Position numbers and translations under genes: made by a program | In this document: positions 54,101 through 62,169 of the stretch, piece after piece | Layout: each line of letters starts with the position of its first letter | Numbering within the stretch: position 1 is the first letter of the stretch | Notes under the pieces: generated by a model | The model's input: only the letters and a program-made list of their open reading frames with translations | What the model was told of the DNA's origin: nothing | The model's database searches: none | From: Candidatus Hydrogenedentota bacterium | Lineage (GTDB): Bacteria; Hydrogenedentota; Hydrogenedentia; Hydrogenedentales; JAEUWI01 | Assembly (NCBI GenBank): GCA_034669905.1 | Contig: JAXMOL010000038.1 | Coordinates: forward strand, 1 to 64,000 | Direction of reading: 5' to 3' | DNA length: 64,000 nucleotides

Positions 54101-57100
54101 GGTAGACTTCACCGGAGTTACCGGCATTGATCAGGCCGTCCGTGAAGGCGGGCCAGGTATCGTAACGCGGCAGCGTCGGCTGTTCCGGCGGATTCGGGAA
54201 GAAGACCGAGCGCGGATCGTTCAGCTGCGCATCGATAGCATCGGCGCTGAGCTTAAAGGGCACCGTCTCGAAGGAATACTGGATAGACGTCAGGTTATCG
54301 TCGGTCAGGACACCCTGTCCACCTTCGTTGTGTCCGCTGATGGTATAACCGTCCGTTTGATCCCGAATACCACCTGGATTGTGGAAGTTGAAGAAGCGGG
54401 ATTCCATGATGCCGCGGTTATAGAAACCACCGGCCTCAAAGAGATTGACAGCGTTGCCGTCATTCATTTCCGCCAGCGCCGGGTCCAGCCAGAGACTGTC
54501 GATGGAGCGGTAAGAACTGGAGGACGCCGTAACGAACCAACTGAAGCCAAAGGTCTGGGGCGTCAGAGGCGTCGCTTCGAGACCCTTGGGACTCTGGCCC
54601 ACGGTAATGAAGGTCTCTTTCCCGTAGAGGTTGTTGGTGGCGTAGGTCAGGACCAGATCGTGCACTTCGAAGCCAGAACGAATCGGCTTCACCGTGTTGC
54701 GGTTGGTGTAGCGCTCGGGCCACCACGGATCCGTCGGATAAGCCTCATCGATCGCCGGACAGGGGAATTCTGTCGGCAGACAGATGTAGTCAAGGCGAAT
54801 ATCGTCCTGGGGACCCACGCCGGGATTCTCGACCACATTGCGGGGATTGATCACGCTGCCAGAGGCTCGGCCCTGCACGTTCAACTGGTTGTTGAACCAG
54901 ATACCACCATCCCAATGACCGGGAAGGGAGGGCGCGCTGCTCGAGGAGCCGGGGCGACCGGGGTTCCACCGGCGTGGCTCCACAAAGGCCCGCATATCGG
55001 CACCCAGGGCCAGGCCCGTGCCATCGCCATTCAGGCCAGAGATATCACCGAAGCCACTATCAGCACGCACCGTGACAAAATAGTCGGCGCGGGGACTGCG
55101 CGGGCCACCACCAAAGTTATAAGGATCGGGCACCAACTCCATGGCACCCGTGGGCGTATCGCCTGGATTTCTACGCCGACCGCCATCGAAACGCATTTTG
55201 ATTTTCCACCAGGGGTCACCACCACCGGGCGGGAAGGGAATATACTCCCACTCCAGAAGACCTGCTTCGACGAAATCTTCCCCATCCAACGAATCAAAGA
55301 ACTCTGGATTCATGGGATAATCGCCGCCGCTGAAGCTTACACCGGGGCTGCCATTCTGGGGCACATCAAAGAAGGAGCTGTTGTTCGTATCGTGATAGAG
55401 CCACGTTCCATTAAAGGCGTAGTTGGTACTGAAGGCTACGTTGGCGTTGTTTGGATGGCCTTCGTAGGTAAAGGTATCGAAGCCTTCCGTGGGATCAAGG
55501 CCACCGTTACCGGGAGGACCGAACGGATCGGCACCGATATCGGTGAAGATCATATTGACTTCATAAGGCTGTGCAGACGCATCTGCGCCGGCAGCTACAC
55601 CAAAGAAGGCGCCGTGGGCATCGATGGACAGCACATCCACCCAGGTCTCAACCGCGAAGAGGTTGCGCAGACTGATAAACTCACCAGATACGGCGTTGAT
55701 CAGGGTATCGCCCAGATCCCAACGGGGACGAATGTGCTCACCCAGGGGTGTGTACATCTCCACCGAATGGTTCACCCGGTTGTAGTTGGCATCACCGGCA
55801 CTTCCGCGGGGGAAGGTGCCCGGCTCCCAACCAGAGGGATCCCACACGGAGAAGCTGGAGGAGTAGCCCGTTTCGCCATTCAGCACTTCGCCCTCGAAGA
55901 AATTCGGGCTGTAGGAGTCCAGCAATTCGCCTTCAGGTGTAAAGGGAATGGGGCCCACTTCACGGCCTTCGTCGTAGGCCGTGTTCGTGGTATAGGGCTG
56001 CATGCGGGCGCCTGTAACAATAACGCCGAGGTGCTGGGAAGATTCCCACGTATTCGAGAGGCGCACCATAACAAAGTAACCCGGGCCACCTTCGCCACGG
56101 GAAAGAATCCATTCATTAAAGGGAAACTTCGGGTTCCGCCCATCTACCAGGGTAAAATCCGAGAAGGGTTCGTTGGGATCAAAATTGGGGTCGTTGGGAT
56201 CAAAGGTAAAGTTCAGATCGTAGACGCCGTCATTGATGTTGTAGATGCGGCCGTTGGGACCCGCAATCTGAGTGCCCCCACTCGGGCCGCCCGCACGTTG
56301 GGGCATTTCATAGGGAAAACCGTGGGCGTCAAATGTTAACGAAGGCACGCTCGGATCATAGCGGGTGCCCGTGTCATAGCCATCCCAGACACCGTCTGGC
56401 CCATCCTCACCAAAGTCACGGATAATAGCGAATTCCAGGAAGTTATCTTCCCGCGGGGCCGCACCCTGGGCATAGCCCGGGTCACTGGGATGGTTGGCTC
56501 CCGTGATGCGGAATTGCAGATTCGTGAGGGTACGGGGCGCTACGTCATCGCCGTAGGACATGGTGAAGCTAAACAGGGGCACCCAGTCATTCAAGGGCAC
56601 CAGTCCTGCCATGTTGGCCTGACCGATCATATCTTCCGCGGTGAAGTCGGCCGAAGGCGGCGTATCCCCACCCGAGGTAACCAGAAGCTGTCCCACCTGC
56701 TGAGGCGATGCCGGGCAAAAAGTCAGCGAACCATCGGGCTCCAGAAAGGCCAACTGCATCAGGACATCGTAAACCCCTTCCGCCAACGGGTTGGGGTTGC
56801 CCAGATCGCCCGAGGTCACGATGGACCCATTGGTCGCCTCGACACCGCGCTGCTCATTGTAGAGCACTTCAAACTCACCCATATCATCGGGTTCCGTCTG
56901 AATTACCCAACGAATCGCCACGGGCTCCTGCTGGCCATTGAGGTTGGACGTGTTGGTAATACGCGTGACGTGGGGCGCGGGACCAACGGGCATATCAATG
57001 GCCACGCTCAGATCGACGTTATTGCAGTTGACCTGCTTGTCGCTTCCTGTGGCCCCGAAGGAAGTGAACTCAGCCAGCGCCAAATCGGTCGCCGTGCTCG

Positions 57101-57428
57101 CAAGTTGGATCTCGGGCGTGTTCGAATCCACCATTTCCGTCGAGTCCACTTGCACGCTGATGTTCGGCACGCGTGCATCGCGGAGTTCTGGCTGAATGGG
57201 ATGAATCGTCAGGACCGGGGCTTCCGCCGTGGCGTCTGCCACCGTCGCAGGTGGTGGCGTCACGTCTGAAACGACCACTGGAATCGCGGGTTGCGCGGTC
57301 TCCACAGGCGTCGAATCGGTCGTCGCTGCCGCTACGGCATGGGGTGCGTGGTTATTCCACGCCATGGCCCCAGATACAATAAGACCCACGAGGGTTAAGC
57401 CTGCCAAGGCGCCGTGCTTCTTGCTCAC
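45111..57428 (-). CDS. Giant (4105 aa) surface protein with PKD and IPT/TIG-like domains and a C-terminal sorting signal
   Basis: GTG start with GGAGGAG RBS; signal peptide; two PKD domains (WNFGDG); two large internal repeats; C-terminal SC..GGG-TM-KRKH. Confidence 0.88.
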   Translation of the reverse strand: MSKKHGALAGLTLVGLIVSGAMAWNNHAPHAVAAATTDSTPVETAQPAIPVVVSDVTPPPATVADATAEAPVLTIHPIQPELRDARVPNISVQVDSTEMVDSNTPEIQLASTATDLALAEFTSFGATGSDKQVNCNNVDLSVAIDMPVGPAPHVTRITNTSNLNGQQEPVAIRWVIQTEPDDMGEFEVLYNEQRGVEATNGSIVTSGDLGNPNPLAEGVYDVLMQLAFLEPDGSLTFCPASPQQVGQLLVTSGGDTPPSADFTAEDMIGQANMAGLVPLNDWVPLFSFTMSYGDDVAPRTLTNLQFRITGANHPSDPGYAQGAAPREDNFLEFAIIRDFGEDGPDGVWDGYDTGTRYDPSVPSLTFDAHGFPYEMPQRAGGPSGGTQIAGPNGRIYNINDGVYDLNFTFDPNDPNFDPNEPFSDFTLVDGRNPKFPFNEWILSRGEGGPGYFVMVRLSNTWESSQHLGVIVTGARMQPYTTNTAYDEGREVGPIPFTPEGELLDSYSPNFFEGEVLNGETGYSSSFSVWDPSGWEPGTFPRGSAGDANYNRVNHSVEMYTPLGEHIRPRWDLGDTLINAVSGEFISLRNLFAVETWVDVLSIDAHGAFFGVAAGADASAQPYEVNMIFTDIGADPFGPPGNGGLDPTEGFDTFTYEGHPNNANVAFSTNYAFNGTWLYHDTNNSSFFDVPQNGSPGVSFSGGDYPMNPEFFDSLDGEDFVEAGLLEWEYIPFPPGGGDPWWKIKMRFDGGRRRNPGDTPTGAMELVPDPYNFGGGPRSPRADYFVTVRADSGFGDISGLNGDGTGLALGADMRAFVEPRRWNPGRPGSSSSAPSLPGHWDGGIWFNNQLNVQGRASGSVINPRNVVENPGVGPQDDIRLDYICLPTEFPCPAIDEAYPTDPWWPERYTNRNTVKPIRSGFEVHDLVLTYATNNLYGKETFITVGQSPKGLEATPLTPQTFGFSWFVTASSSSYRSIDSLWLDPALAEMNDGNAVNLFEAGGFYNRGIMESRFFNFHNPGGIRDQTDGYTISGHNEGGQGVLTDDNLTSIQYSFETVPFKLSADAIDAQLNDPRSVFFPNPPEQPTLPRYDTWPAFTDGLINAGNSGEVYLASEGAMANESFHHPTTSQSEFTYSDDVYIFEANDAQYGAIGDVAGMWLVDENGSRNRILSNTGNALTIANGHRLYLDRFLSAGGELNLPNHPEGVVPNQRVQRGRWLIVSDTMVNGEYPRVSNWPAGLAANVPVEEQGRRAARLLKQYAAFASKPTAMLGINLIGADDQVVNSNPNISVNSITVALWGPEFTRSDLAKLDEDGELFSSGVLIYEDTNGTGVFEGPIIHDTTVTPVFRDRIVPVEPGSLNWRTESEPVNLYGRLDPDTGQFAADDLSGDGIVFTGDQYNQAEVDAFAATLTAEEQARFDGLSDRAWVLTFELADQWNVPQSDIRSGGSNGTNPGAKSAAAVGEWPSFWTATPTLIDLGTETTDGLVAKSAKALAAGGNQGDDLFVVIRTSETIGSFEEFRMVIPSRLPNRTPTSEQIAGIEVSPRTYPVGDVFEKVNPDEGTLGDFYGHDMLAIDVPARIISEDINSDAVASSFPTSVEPGSPPGALLGIDASANRGANLLGEGTTGTAGASSFTTTGATWDASNIGDWLIARYEDPDADNDGVTAPDRIEAYEIVGVNGSTLQLRAGAPADGSPWQVVRNPIFLEQVIVEFYDEGVDGNFDMQRDLLPLQHEDPANGILSGVSLYRDNDLHPNNTNGKFDPPVLNETTGEMEYIDLPITLDDEPKFIGAIGEPERQVKFVFSSPGTDDSTGRDSVPYGSQPRLRQVIPQTFGLANNDPEFGSDFFVVVRTSRNMALGDDFSAAIVSWGPNTPSEPDPDNFSPDLGGNTGQREDEFDIFSEYPWGARGLGFISFFKEAPEVRYWTYDKDKRRSIPTMELDHSQDDKNVRHWIRTNPNVAGRTGVVTATAAPEIDFELDRNRQSVGEPVTFKLITTGTVTRVVWNFGDGQTEDDLDPTPLPADPENPGVTCYEYTHVYDNEGTYDVSVTVTDGNGVEDTVTKVDIIEIVELPYADFVGTPTDGALTPDTEGSLPDGLTVQFTDLSASGPDHDAIAYAWNFGDGTVSDLQNPSHRYLTEGFFTVSLQVTFQNRVTEEEVIRTIELTDYITVRPCTGAGCAGEGEGEGEGEGEGEGEGEGEGETDEPTVDLTATNLIADTEALVPLNDWVPLLNIVMATNPEEPAARILETLVYQIHGNPKDSADLNYINAGGPEVSDLLEFGIFFENYSSDEEDNNKLDVGHDFLLATWDAVGGGIATLDGAGGNLTYTVNFVGEGTPEDPEVLVPAGPDGDNTIDGNSYIIAVRTSATWRSQLTLATTMLGARMIIPDADGTFPTADDGAPLDSYSPDFPGGEILDDEVSYSSSFGVFDARGGNDGENLIPNINSWDHPYFFHVPTAEFTRPRWNSPTKLLSILGGETLQMRRLIAVEEWVNVININLHGTATEHFDFFDSQVDGLRIWAQDEPPALQQLNLILTDVGGDPFGTPGNGGFDPRSGMNGFVTNRVILEGDSDLIARSPDYTFNGAWVWTDENNNGVFDPPTPNADGNGVVFNGDYPLEPLFDHDLQWEYIAFPPGGGDPWWKISLNFGLNRLEGEDFEGLLEPTPDETFATDGVVGDDDFVTTSISPDFFVVVRTDSGFKDVSQGIADGQGIQPGADFRAFIEPRRFDLATESFEGGIYVNSMIPPYGPSFSDNGTEFATWQDDPRWGSDEPWWNERTMNAKSAKPLRVGLEVHDLNLTYGTNSEYGKVSDLFFGIPFGSSICYGFSSQGTNQTFFDRWMDPFGIQQVRFLNHHGVEVDATDVVFNIQLNIAGEQEIIQTEGNALDFQFPLETVPFGTGSPDDALRSNAIAQLPAQPALPTFDTWSFALLPGQYPRLSDWSAENAGARLLHQRTDINNNHVPVLGINAVGTGDVVVNESAETYISEINLAFWGPDFDPSDLYPLDGAGIDLDSGVLLWEDGEGEDGGGIFTSGIFLNEGDFNGYAESGETFSNQDRVVPLSNAKWATAPEYIDLDGDGAPDDMDGDGLIDNNDRAWVLQLRLSNLWPVPHNDSDGTSLSVLRLFICEGQSNGGTGSGTGGGSTGGGGSSSTTSDDFLYIHHSMGSNWLTSGLSDALLEKEYIDERNDIRELTDVSADSNRPDSLAPTPGNFTDMRHWLLWFNDYYSGIEDHDTADGENRIIMFNSDAFSNILSGPGSTPGEPFSEEQTFENYKAVFQHPDGAGSGSIYTNGEGDVYEPLEAIFEANADTLFVVVTAPPLPPGQITDAEADLARQFSDWVATTWFPAYEARNPNHQNVIVFDLFDFLAEPASAGSGLRHRLKEEYIRSGSTIPNTDGLRAATEFFVTGTDTDSSVLDIAVEEFPGIDFTLASKKLLTASSAGQVGQKTLDLDSPQPGNDLFVTVKVSPNASAQEQIRVVVPASLPSRVEGQQDAGIRFVPTGLASAGALTKANPEESAVHSFYGHDVLTMNTPLIIQDLISQTATIDINGPAVAALGLDVSTNIADAVRAEGTSGQGTELTFTVAGAGWTADDFAGDWLVDSGYETYEITGNSATALTLLSGTPRDGAWKIVQNPTFLEQLVVEFYNEANAADFDIVTDLLPLKRDQRLSGVALYRDNDFHPENRNGHFDAGIDIPLQLDSAPRLSGVSGDAPQVKFVLSSPGTDFEGDDPATQPRYRQWVPESWEGANAGPDFFVVVRASEEMREGDNFRMGIVSWGPNTPTEPDPHTFINIDGPAREDYKKFQEFPWGNRGVGFITFYKDAPVRYFMDGDRPGAKTDSSGYNWVRTHSAQKKRSGLITGRDIPVGPTSVVIESASSTELPAQTLDTNPFSFVLFGRGFGTSPEVVLSGYDVTVTEATDTAISITISTTSGASPQLPIVLIVRNPSTGKEASRTNLFTLANSTGDVAPKITRVSPARAEKSDFPVSLIGENLPTAASAEVYFGETLVEVYEVEADASSGTKLMVKFPTGGFSQVGMLNVTVRNKNNGTQDLKINGFEYVSQADPPKYPASCSGEAGGGSMPMGDLVVLLLAVGGLLIGLKRKHAGTAH
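50832..50897 (-). repeat. (Gly-Glu)x11 coding hexamer repeat
   Basis: Eleven 6-nt units with synonymous variation, between the PKD pair and the second large repeat. Confidence 0.9.
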
Positions 57429-57680
57429 GTTAGAACTCTCCTCCGGCGGAAAAATAAGACATCCCTCTGCCGCGTGGTGCGACAGGGGTGTTACAGTGCT
57501 TGTTTATAAACGGTTTCACCTGCATTCTGCAACACTACGACGAAAACCTGGCCCGTCCATACGGACAACGCTCCCAGCCGCTCCCGTTACCGCCCCCGGA
57601 GTCCAAAGACACCCCGACCGACAGCAACAATACTTCAAAGGTTGCAAAACCATAAAAATCCCCAATTTGTTGTCCCGTTG

Positions 57681-57709
57681 TTTATAGCATAGCCCAGCGA
57701 ACGTGTCAA
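57681..57709 (-). promoter_or_regulatory. Sigma-70-type promoter for the giant surface protein gene
   Basis: Minus strand TTGACA-17 nt-TATAAA with extended -10 TG; implies a leader of about 245 nt. Confidence 0.72.
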
Positions 57710-57798
57710 TAGTAAAACTTGACGCAATTCCCGATGCCATCGGAAGTTAGGGCCACTCCCGACCCCTCTTCCTCGCTAGAATTCTTGCTTTTTGTCAA

Positions 57799-59658
57799 CT
57801 AATTACCCTCGCCGGCCGCCCCGGGCTTCTTCCGAATGCCACTCACCGACGCCTGCACCGTCTCCACAAAGGCCTGCTTAATCAGGAACACACCGTCCCG
57901 GGTCGCGCTCCGTGCAAAGCGTTCCTGGTCCAGCCCCGGCACCACCGCGCCCACCTCCAGCGGCCCGAAAGTCTCGGGCGGCGAATCCACTTCCAGGGGC
58001 GACAAGGTCACACGGAAGCTAAAGCGAGGCGCTTCAAAACCATACTCTTCCACCGCCGCCGGGTTCTCTTCTTCCGTTCCACTCGCCCGAAGACGCGAGA
58101 CGGCGGTCAATAGATTTTCGGCGTCCCGTTGGTTGGGCATGAAGTAACCCTCGGGTGAAGTCACCAGCCAGCGGTTGTGCTCCTTCTCCAACACGTAGTC
58201 GATCCCGTCGAAGTGGAAGTCCATCTTAACCGCTCGGAGGGCATCAAAGCGAAGTAATGCCCGATCACGGAAGGCCTGGGCCGTGGTCAGCAGAAATTGA
58301 AGGTGCTCCTGGGGCACGGAGGCCACCTCACCGGCATCGGTCAGAACATAGTAATGCCCTTCCACTTCGGCCGCCGGGCCAATCCGCAATTCGACCGGCT
58401 CCCCTTCGCCTTCCAGGGTTATGCGGAAGGTCGCCTCCGGTGTATCCAGTCCATATTCCGCCGGGCCACCGGGGTAGAAGCGGGTTCCTTCGATGGTCTT
58501 CAAGGCGCTGATAAACTGGCTCACAAAAAACGGATCCGTGTCGTCCAGGGGGGGCTCCGTCATGGTCCATTCCCCGTTTTCGCCCAACTCCAACGTGTAG
58601 CTGTCTTCACCCGCGATGCGTTCCAGACGGACGGGACCCTGCACGCGCGTGAGGATGCGCCGCTCGCGGAAGGAGTTCGTTGTGCGGGGAAAGAGCGTAA
58701 GAATGTGGCCATCCATCAGAAAAACCGAGGCATCCCCTTCCTTACGCACATACACCCCACCCTTATCCGCATCCGTATTGACGTCGCCAAAATAAAAGGT
58801 CTGGGGATAACCTTCCGCATTGTCCACCACGGTAATCCGCTGGCGCGGGGGCTCCAGGCCAAAATCCGCAAAGGATTCGGGAGCGTCAATATGTGCCCGG
58901 CCGCGGGCCGTTTGAATTTCCGTCACGAGGGCATCCACCGCCCCCTGATTCGCCGCCACATTCACCGGCTCCAATTGGACCCAGGGACTCTCCCCGTCGG
59001 CCCGCTCCAACACGACCACGGCAGATTCCTCGCCCACGGGCGGAGGGTTTTCCATCGATGCCGCCTCTTCCGGAGACAAGTAGCGGGCGAATTCCAGATG
59101 CACGATGGGCGCTTCGCGGTTTTCCACCACAAAACTATCGCGCAGCAGATCCAGCGAGCGGTCCAGGGCGAAGACCGCGTCTTTGTCCGCCAGAAAGACC
59201 CCTCCGTCATCCAGCCGTGCGTAGCGCAGCGTCTGGGTGGGCTCCAGATAGCCAAAGCGTAGGGTGTGGGTGTCTCCCCCCACTTCCGCGCGCACGACCA
59301 GGCGGGGCACTTCCAGGCCATAGGCGTCATCGTCCAGGGCACCGTCCGGCAGGGAGCGCTGATTCTTCAGGTTGGCCAGCGCTTCCGCCACACTATTCCA
59401 CAGTGGGTGGTAGGGCCGAATCGTGGGATTGGGCTCCACGATTTCCCAGTGGCTGTCATCCTGGCGCACCCCTACGGTAGCTGGCTGATCCAGCTGCTGT
59501 ATCTCCAGCTTACGCACGTCTTCCGGCGCGAAACGGAACACCGCCTTCTCCGCCTCCAGCATGGCATCGCTCTGGCGACTCAACAACTGCTGGCCAAAAT
59601 ACAACAGCACGAGCAACAGCAGCGCCGCACCCAGTTGAACGGTCTGACGAAACTTCAT
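57799..59658 (-). CDS. DUF4340-type repeat protein
   Basis: N-terminal TM and three repeats with YGLEVP / FGLEPP / YGLDTP / YGFEAP-type motifs; ATGA-coupled to the GldG-like gene. Confidence 0.82.
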   Translation of the reverse strand: MKFRQTVQLGAALLLLVLLYFGQQLLSRQSDAMLEAEKAVFRFAPEDVRKLEIQQLDQPATVGVRQDDSHWEIVEPNPTIRPYHPLWNSVAEALANLKNQRSLPDGALDDDAYGLEVPRLVVRAEVGGDTHTLRFGYLEPTQTLRYARLDDGGVFLADKDAVFALDRSLDLLRDSFVVENREAPIVHLEFARYLSPEEAASMENPPPVGEESAVVVLERADGESPWVQLEPVNVAANQGAVDALVTEIQTARGRAHIDAPESFADFGLEPPRQRITVVDNAEGYPQTFYFGDVNTDADKGGVYVRKEGDASVFLMDGHILTLFPRTTNSFRERRILTRVQGPVRLERIAGEDSYTLELGENGEWTMTEPPLDDTDPFFVSQFISALKTIEGTRFYPGGPAEYGLDTPEATFRITLEGEGEPVELRIGPAAEVEGHYYVLTDAGEVASVPQEHLQFLLTTAQAFRDRALLRFDALRAVKMDFHFDGIDYVLEKEHNRWLVTSPEGYFMPNQRDAENLLTAVSRLRASGTEEENPAAVEEYGFEAPRFSFRVTLSPLEVDSPPETFGPLEVGAVVPGLDQERFARSATRDGVFLIKQAFVETVQASVSGIRKKPGAAGEGN

Positions 59659-61334
59659 CGGTATTTTCTCCGCAGTACATACACCACCAACCCGGCGGCA
59701 ACCACCAATTGCAGGGTCAGCAAGGTGCTTACCCACACGATGGCCCGCTCTTCGCCCTGGGAAAGCACGAGGGGGGGATCGGTCTTGCCCGAGGGGCGGA
59801 TGGCAATCAGATCCTGCCGCTCACCCAACCAGGCCACCGAGTTCAAAAGGAAATTCAGGTGCCCCGGCAGTTCGGCCGAGAGCAATTGGCCGTTGGAGGC
59901 AAAGTCGGAATCGCCCATGACAATAATACGCGACACAACAGGCTGACCCGTTTCATCCACCGTGTCCGTCTGGCGGACGGCAGCCACCCCAAGCGAGATG
60001 GGACCGGCCTTTTCTTCCGTGTGCTGAACAGCTTCACCCTTCTCCTGCAAGGCATCCAGGTCGGTCTCCGCCCAGTAGTTCGGCGTACTCCGCAGGAGCT
60101 CCGTCACCACCACATTCTCGGGCACTTTCGGGGCCCGCGAAACGGAGCGCACGGTCTGGAGCAACATGATGCTGTCAAAGGCCTGGGTAATGCCATGCTC
60201 CTTGTGGAAGGAGCCATTGTATTCCATAAACCCTTCGTCCACCTTGGCAAAAGGCCCGTCGTCATTACGCAATTCCACCTGCCAGATGCGCTTCTGGTCT
60301 TTCGTGATAACCATGTCGCTGCCCACCACGATGCCAAAGCGCTCCTCAAGCCAAGGCCGCAGTTGCTCGCTTTGCCCGGCGGCGGTATTCACCGATTTCC
60401 ACGGCTCCAGCAGCAGCAACAGACGGCCGCCCCGCTCCAGATAGGCATCGATGGCCTTGAGCTCCTGGGCATGAAGGTCGCCCAGTGGATTGTTAATCAC
60501 GAGAATATCGCAGTCCTGCGGCACTTCCGGATCGCTGATCTTGATGGCAATCCGTTCCAGAATATAGGACTCACCCGCCAGCAGGTTGGCCAGCGCCGAT
60601 CCCCCGCTCTGGGGATCATCATTGGTCACATCCCGCTCCTGGTGCCCCGTAAGGAAGCAGACTTTCGGCTCCCGATCACGGAGCACATTGATCAGCGCGT
60701 TGGTGAAGTCCCGCTCTTCCAGACGGGGACTCGCCCCCGACAGGGTAATGACGCGCTGACGATTGCCCGCCCGAATCACTACCGTGCCCTGGGTGGAAAC
60801 CCGGGTGAGATTCATGGCTTCCAGGCGGTGCATTTCCACCTGGGGATCCAACACTTCCACCTTCAGTAATCCGGTGTAGCCCTGGCACTGCTCCAGAAAA
60901 CGCAGGGTTTTGTCCTGCGCAATCCAGACCAATTCATCGTCTACCCGCAGGAAGAGGCAGAAGACCTCCACTTCCTGGCTCATACTCTGAAGCACCTGCA
61001 CCGTCTGGGGCGCCAGCTTGCGACGCCCTTCCTGGGTCAGATCCCAGGACGCGTTCCAACTGCCCATAAACACATAGAGCACCATGCAGATGCCCAGGAA
61101 AAAGAGGGTGGACAGGGCCGCATTGACGCCACCGGCCGCCCAGCCTTCCCAGCCGGCACTGCCGGCCAGTCCAAATACCACCATGATGACCCACAACACA
61201 CCGAGCACCGCCCCCACCAGGAGCAGCCCCCAGGCCAGGGACATCAGGCCCGCGGCCTGCCAGACCAGCAGGTTCACGGCCACAGCCACAGCTACCAGGG
61301 CCAAAAGACCCGTAATCAATCGAAGCGTTTGCAC
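59655..61334 (-). CDS. GldG-like ABC transporter auxiliary component
   Basis: WDLTQEG..LAPQT, FLTGHQE, YLERGGRLL, GDSDFASN, NSVAWL; N- and C-terminal TMs. Confidence 0.88.
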   Translation of the reverse strand: MQTLRLITGLLALVAVAVAVNLLVWQAAGLMSLAWGLLLVGAVLGVLWVIMVVFGLAGSAGWEGWAAGGVNAALSTLFFLGICMVLYVFMGSWNASWDLTQEGRRKLAPQTVQVLQSMSQEVEVFCLFLRVDDELVWIAQDKTLRFLEQCQGYTGLLKVEVLDPQVEMHRLEAMNLTRVSTQGTVVIRAGNRQRVITLSGASPRLEERDFTNALINVLRDREPKVCFLTGHQERDVTNDDPQSGGSALANLLAGESYILERIAIKISDPEVPQDCDILVINNPLGDLHAQELKAIDAYLERGGRLLLLLEPWKSVNTAAGQSEQLRPWLEERFGIVVGSDMVITKDQKRIWQVELRNDDGPFAKVDEGFMEYNGSFHKEHGITQAFDSIMLLQTVRSVSRAPKVPENVVVTELLRSTPNYWAETDLDALQEKGEAVQHTEEKAGPISLGVAAVRQTDTVDETGQPVVSRIIVMGDSDFASNGQLLSAELPGHLNFLLNSVAWLGERQDLIAIRPSGKTDPPLVLSQGEERAIVWVSTLLTLQLVVAAGLVVYVLRRKYR

Positions 61335-61338
61335 GAAG

Positions 61339-62169
61339 CTAGCCCCTCCAATTCCGACTTTCCAACGCGCGGAAGGTCAGGAAAATAAAAAATGCACTGA
61401 AGAGCACGTAATACGCAATATCCACCGGCTGCACAATACCCAGCGCCATTTCACGGGCGTGGGCATCAATCGGCAATTCCACAATCAGACCCCGCACGAG
61501 GGTGTAAAAGAAACCAATCACGGAGCGCAGGGTACCCGGCCAGCCCTCGGGGGCCGGATTGGCCTCGGGCATATCCTCGCCCAGGTTACCCAGAATAAAC
61601 AGAATGAGGGTCACCCCAAAGGTCACCGTGCCCGACATGATCTGGGTCTTCGTCACCGAAGAAACGAAAAGGCCCAGACTGATACAGGAGGCCCCCATGA
61701 GGAAGACGGTCAACAAGCCGAATAGCAGCACCGGCGGCTCCACGCGGACAAAGTAGCCCATAATAAAGAGGTTAACCACCACCACCAACAACATGGTGCC
61801 CAACATCCCCAGGGCGGCCAGGAACTTACCAAAAATAATCTCCCGGTCACGGAGCGGTTGGGTCAGCAAGAACTCGATGGTACCCCGGTTGCGCTCCTCG
61901 GCCAGCAAACGCATGGTGATGAGGGGCGTCAAAAACATGATCAGCGTGCCGCAAAAGACCAGATAGGGACTCAGGAAGGTCTCTTCAAAGTCCGGCACCG
62001 CCGTATAGGAGTACAGACTGGGGTTTTGCGTAATATCGGCATGGGTAATAAAGGAAATCGAAAACGACATGCCCGCGATGATGGCCACCATGCCCACCAC
62101 CACGTAACCAATCGGTGTCAGAAAATAGGCTTTGAATTCCCGCTTACAAACGGCCCAGGTACTGCTCAT
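61339..62169 (-). CDS. ABC-2 type permease (GldF-like)
   Basis: REFKAYFLTPIGY, ITMRLLAEERNRGTIEFLLTQP, GKFLA; multiple TMs. Confidence 0.92.
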   Translation of the reverse strand: MSSTWAVCKREFKAYFLTPIGYVVVGMVAIIAGMSFSISFITHADITQNPSLYSYTAVPDFEETFLSPYLVFCGTLIMFLTPLITMRLLAEERNRGTIEFLLTQPLRDREIIFGKFLAALGMLGTMLLVVVVNLFIMGYFVRVEPPVLLFGLLTVFLMGASCISLGLFVSSVTKTQIMSGTVTFGVTLILFILGNLGEDMPEANPAPEGWPGTLRSVIGFFYTLVRGLIVELPIDAHAREMALGIVQPVDIAYYVLFSAFFIFLTFRALESRNWRG

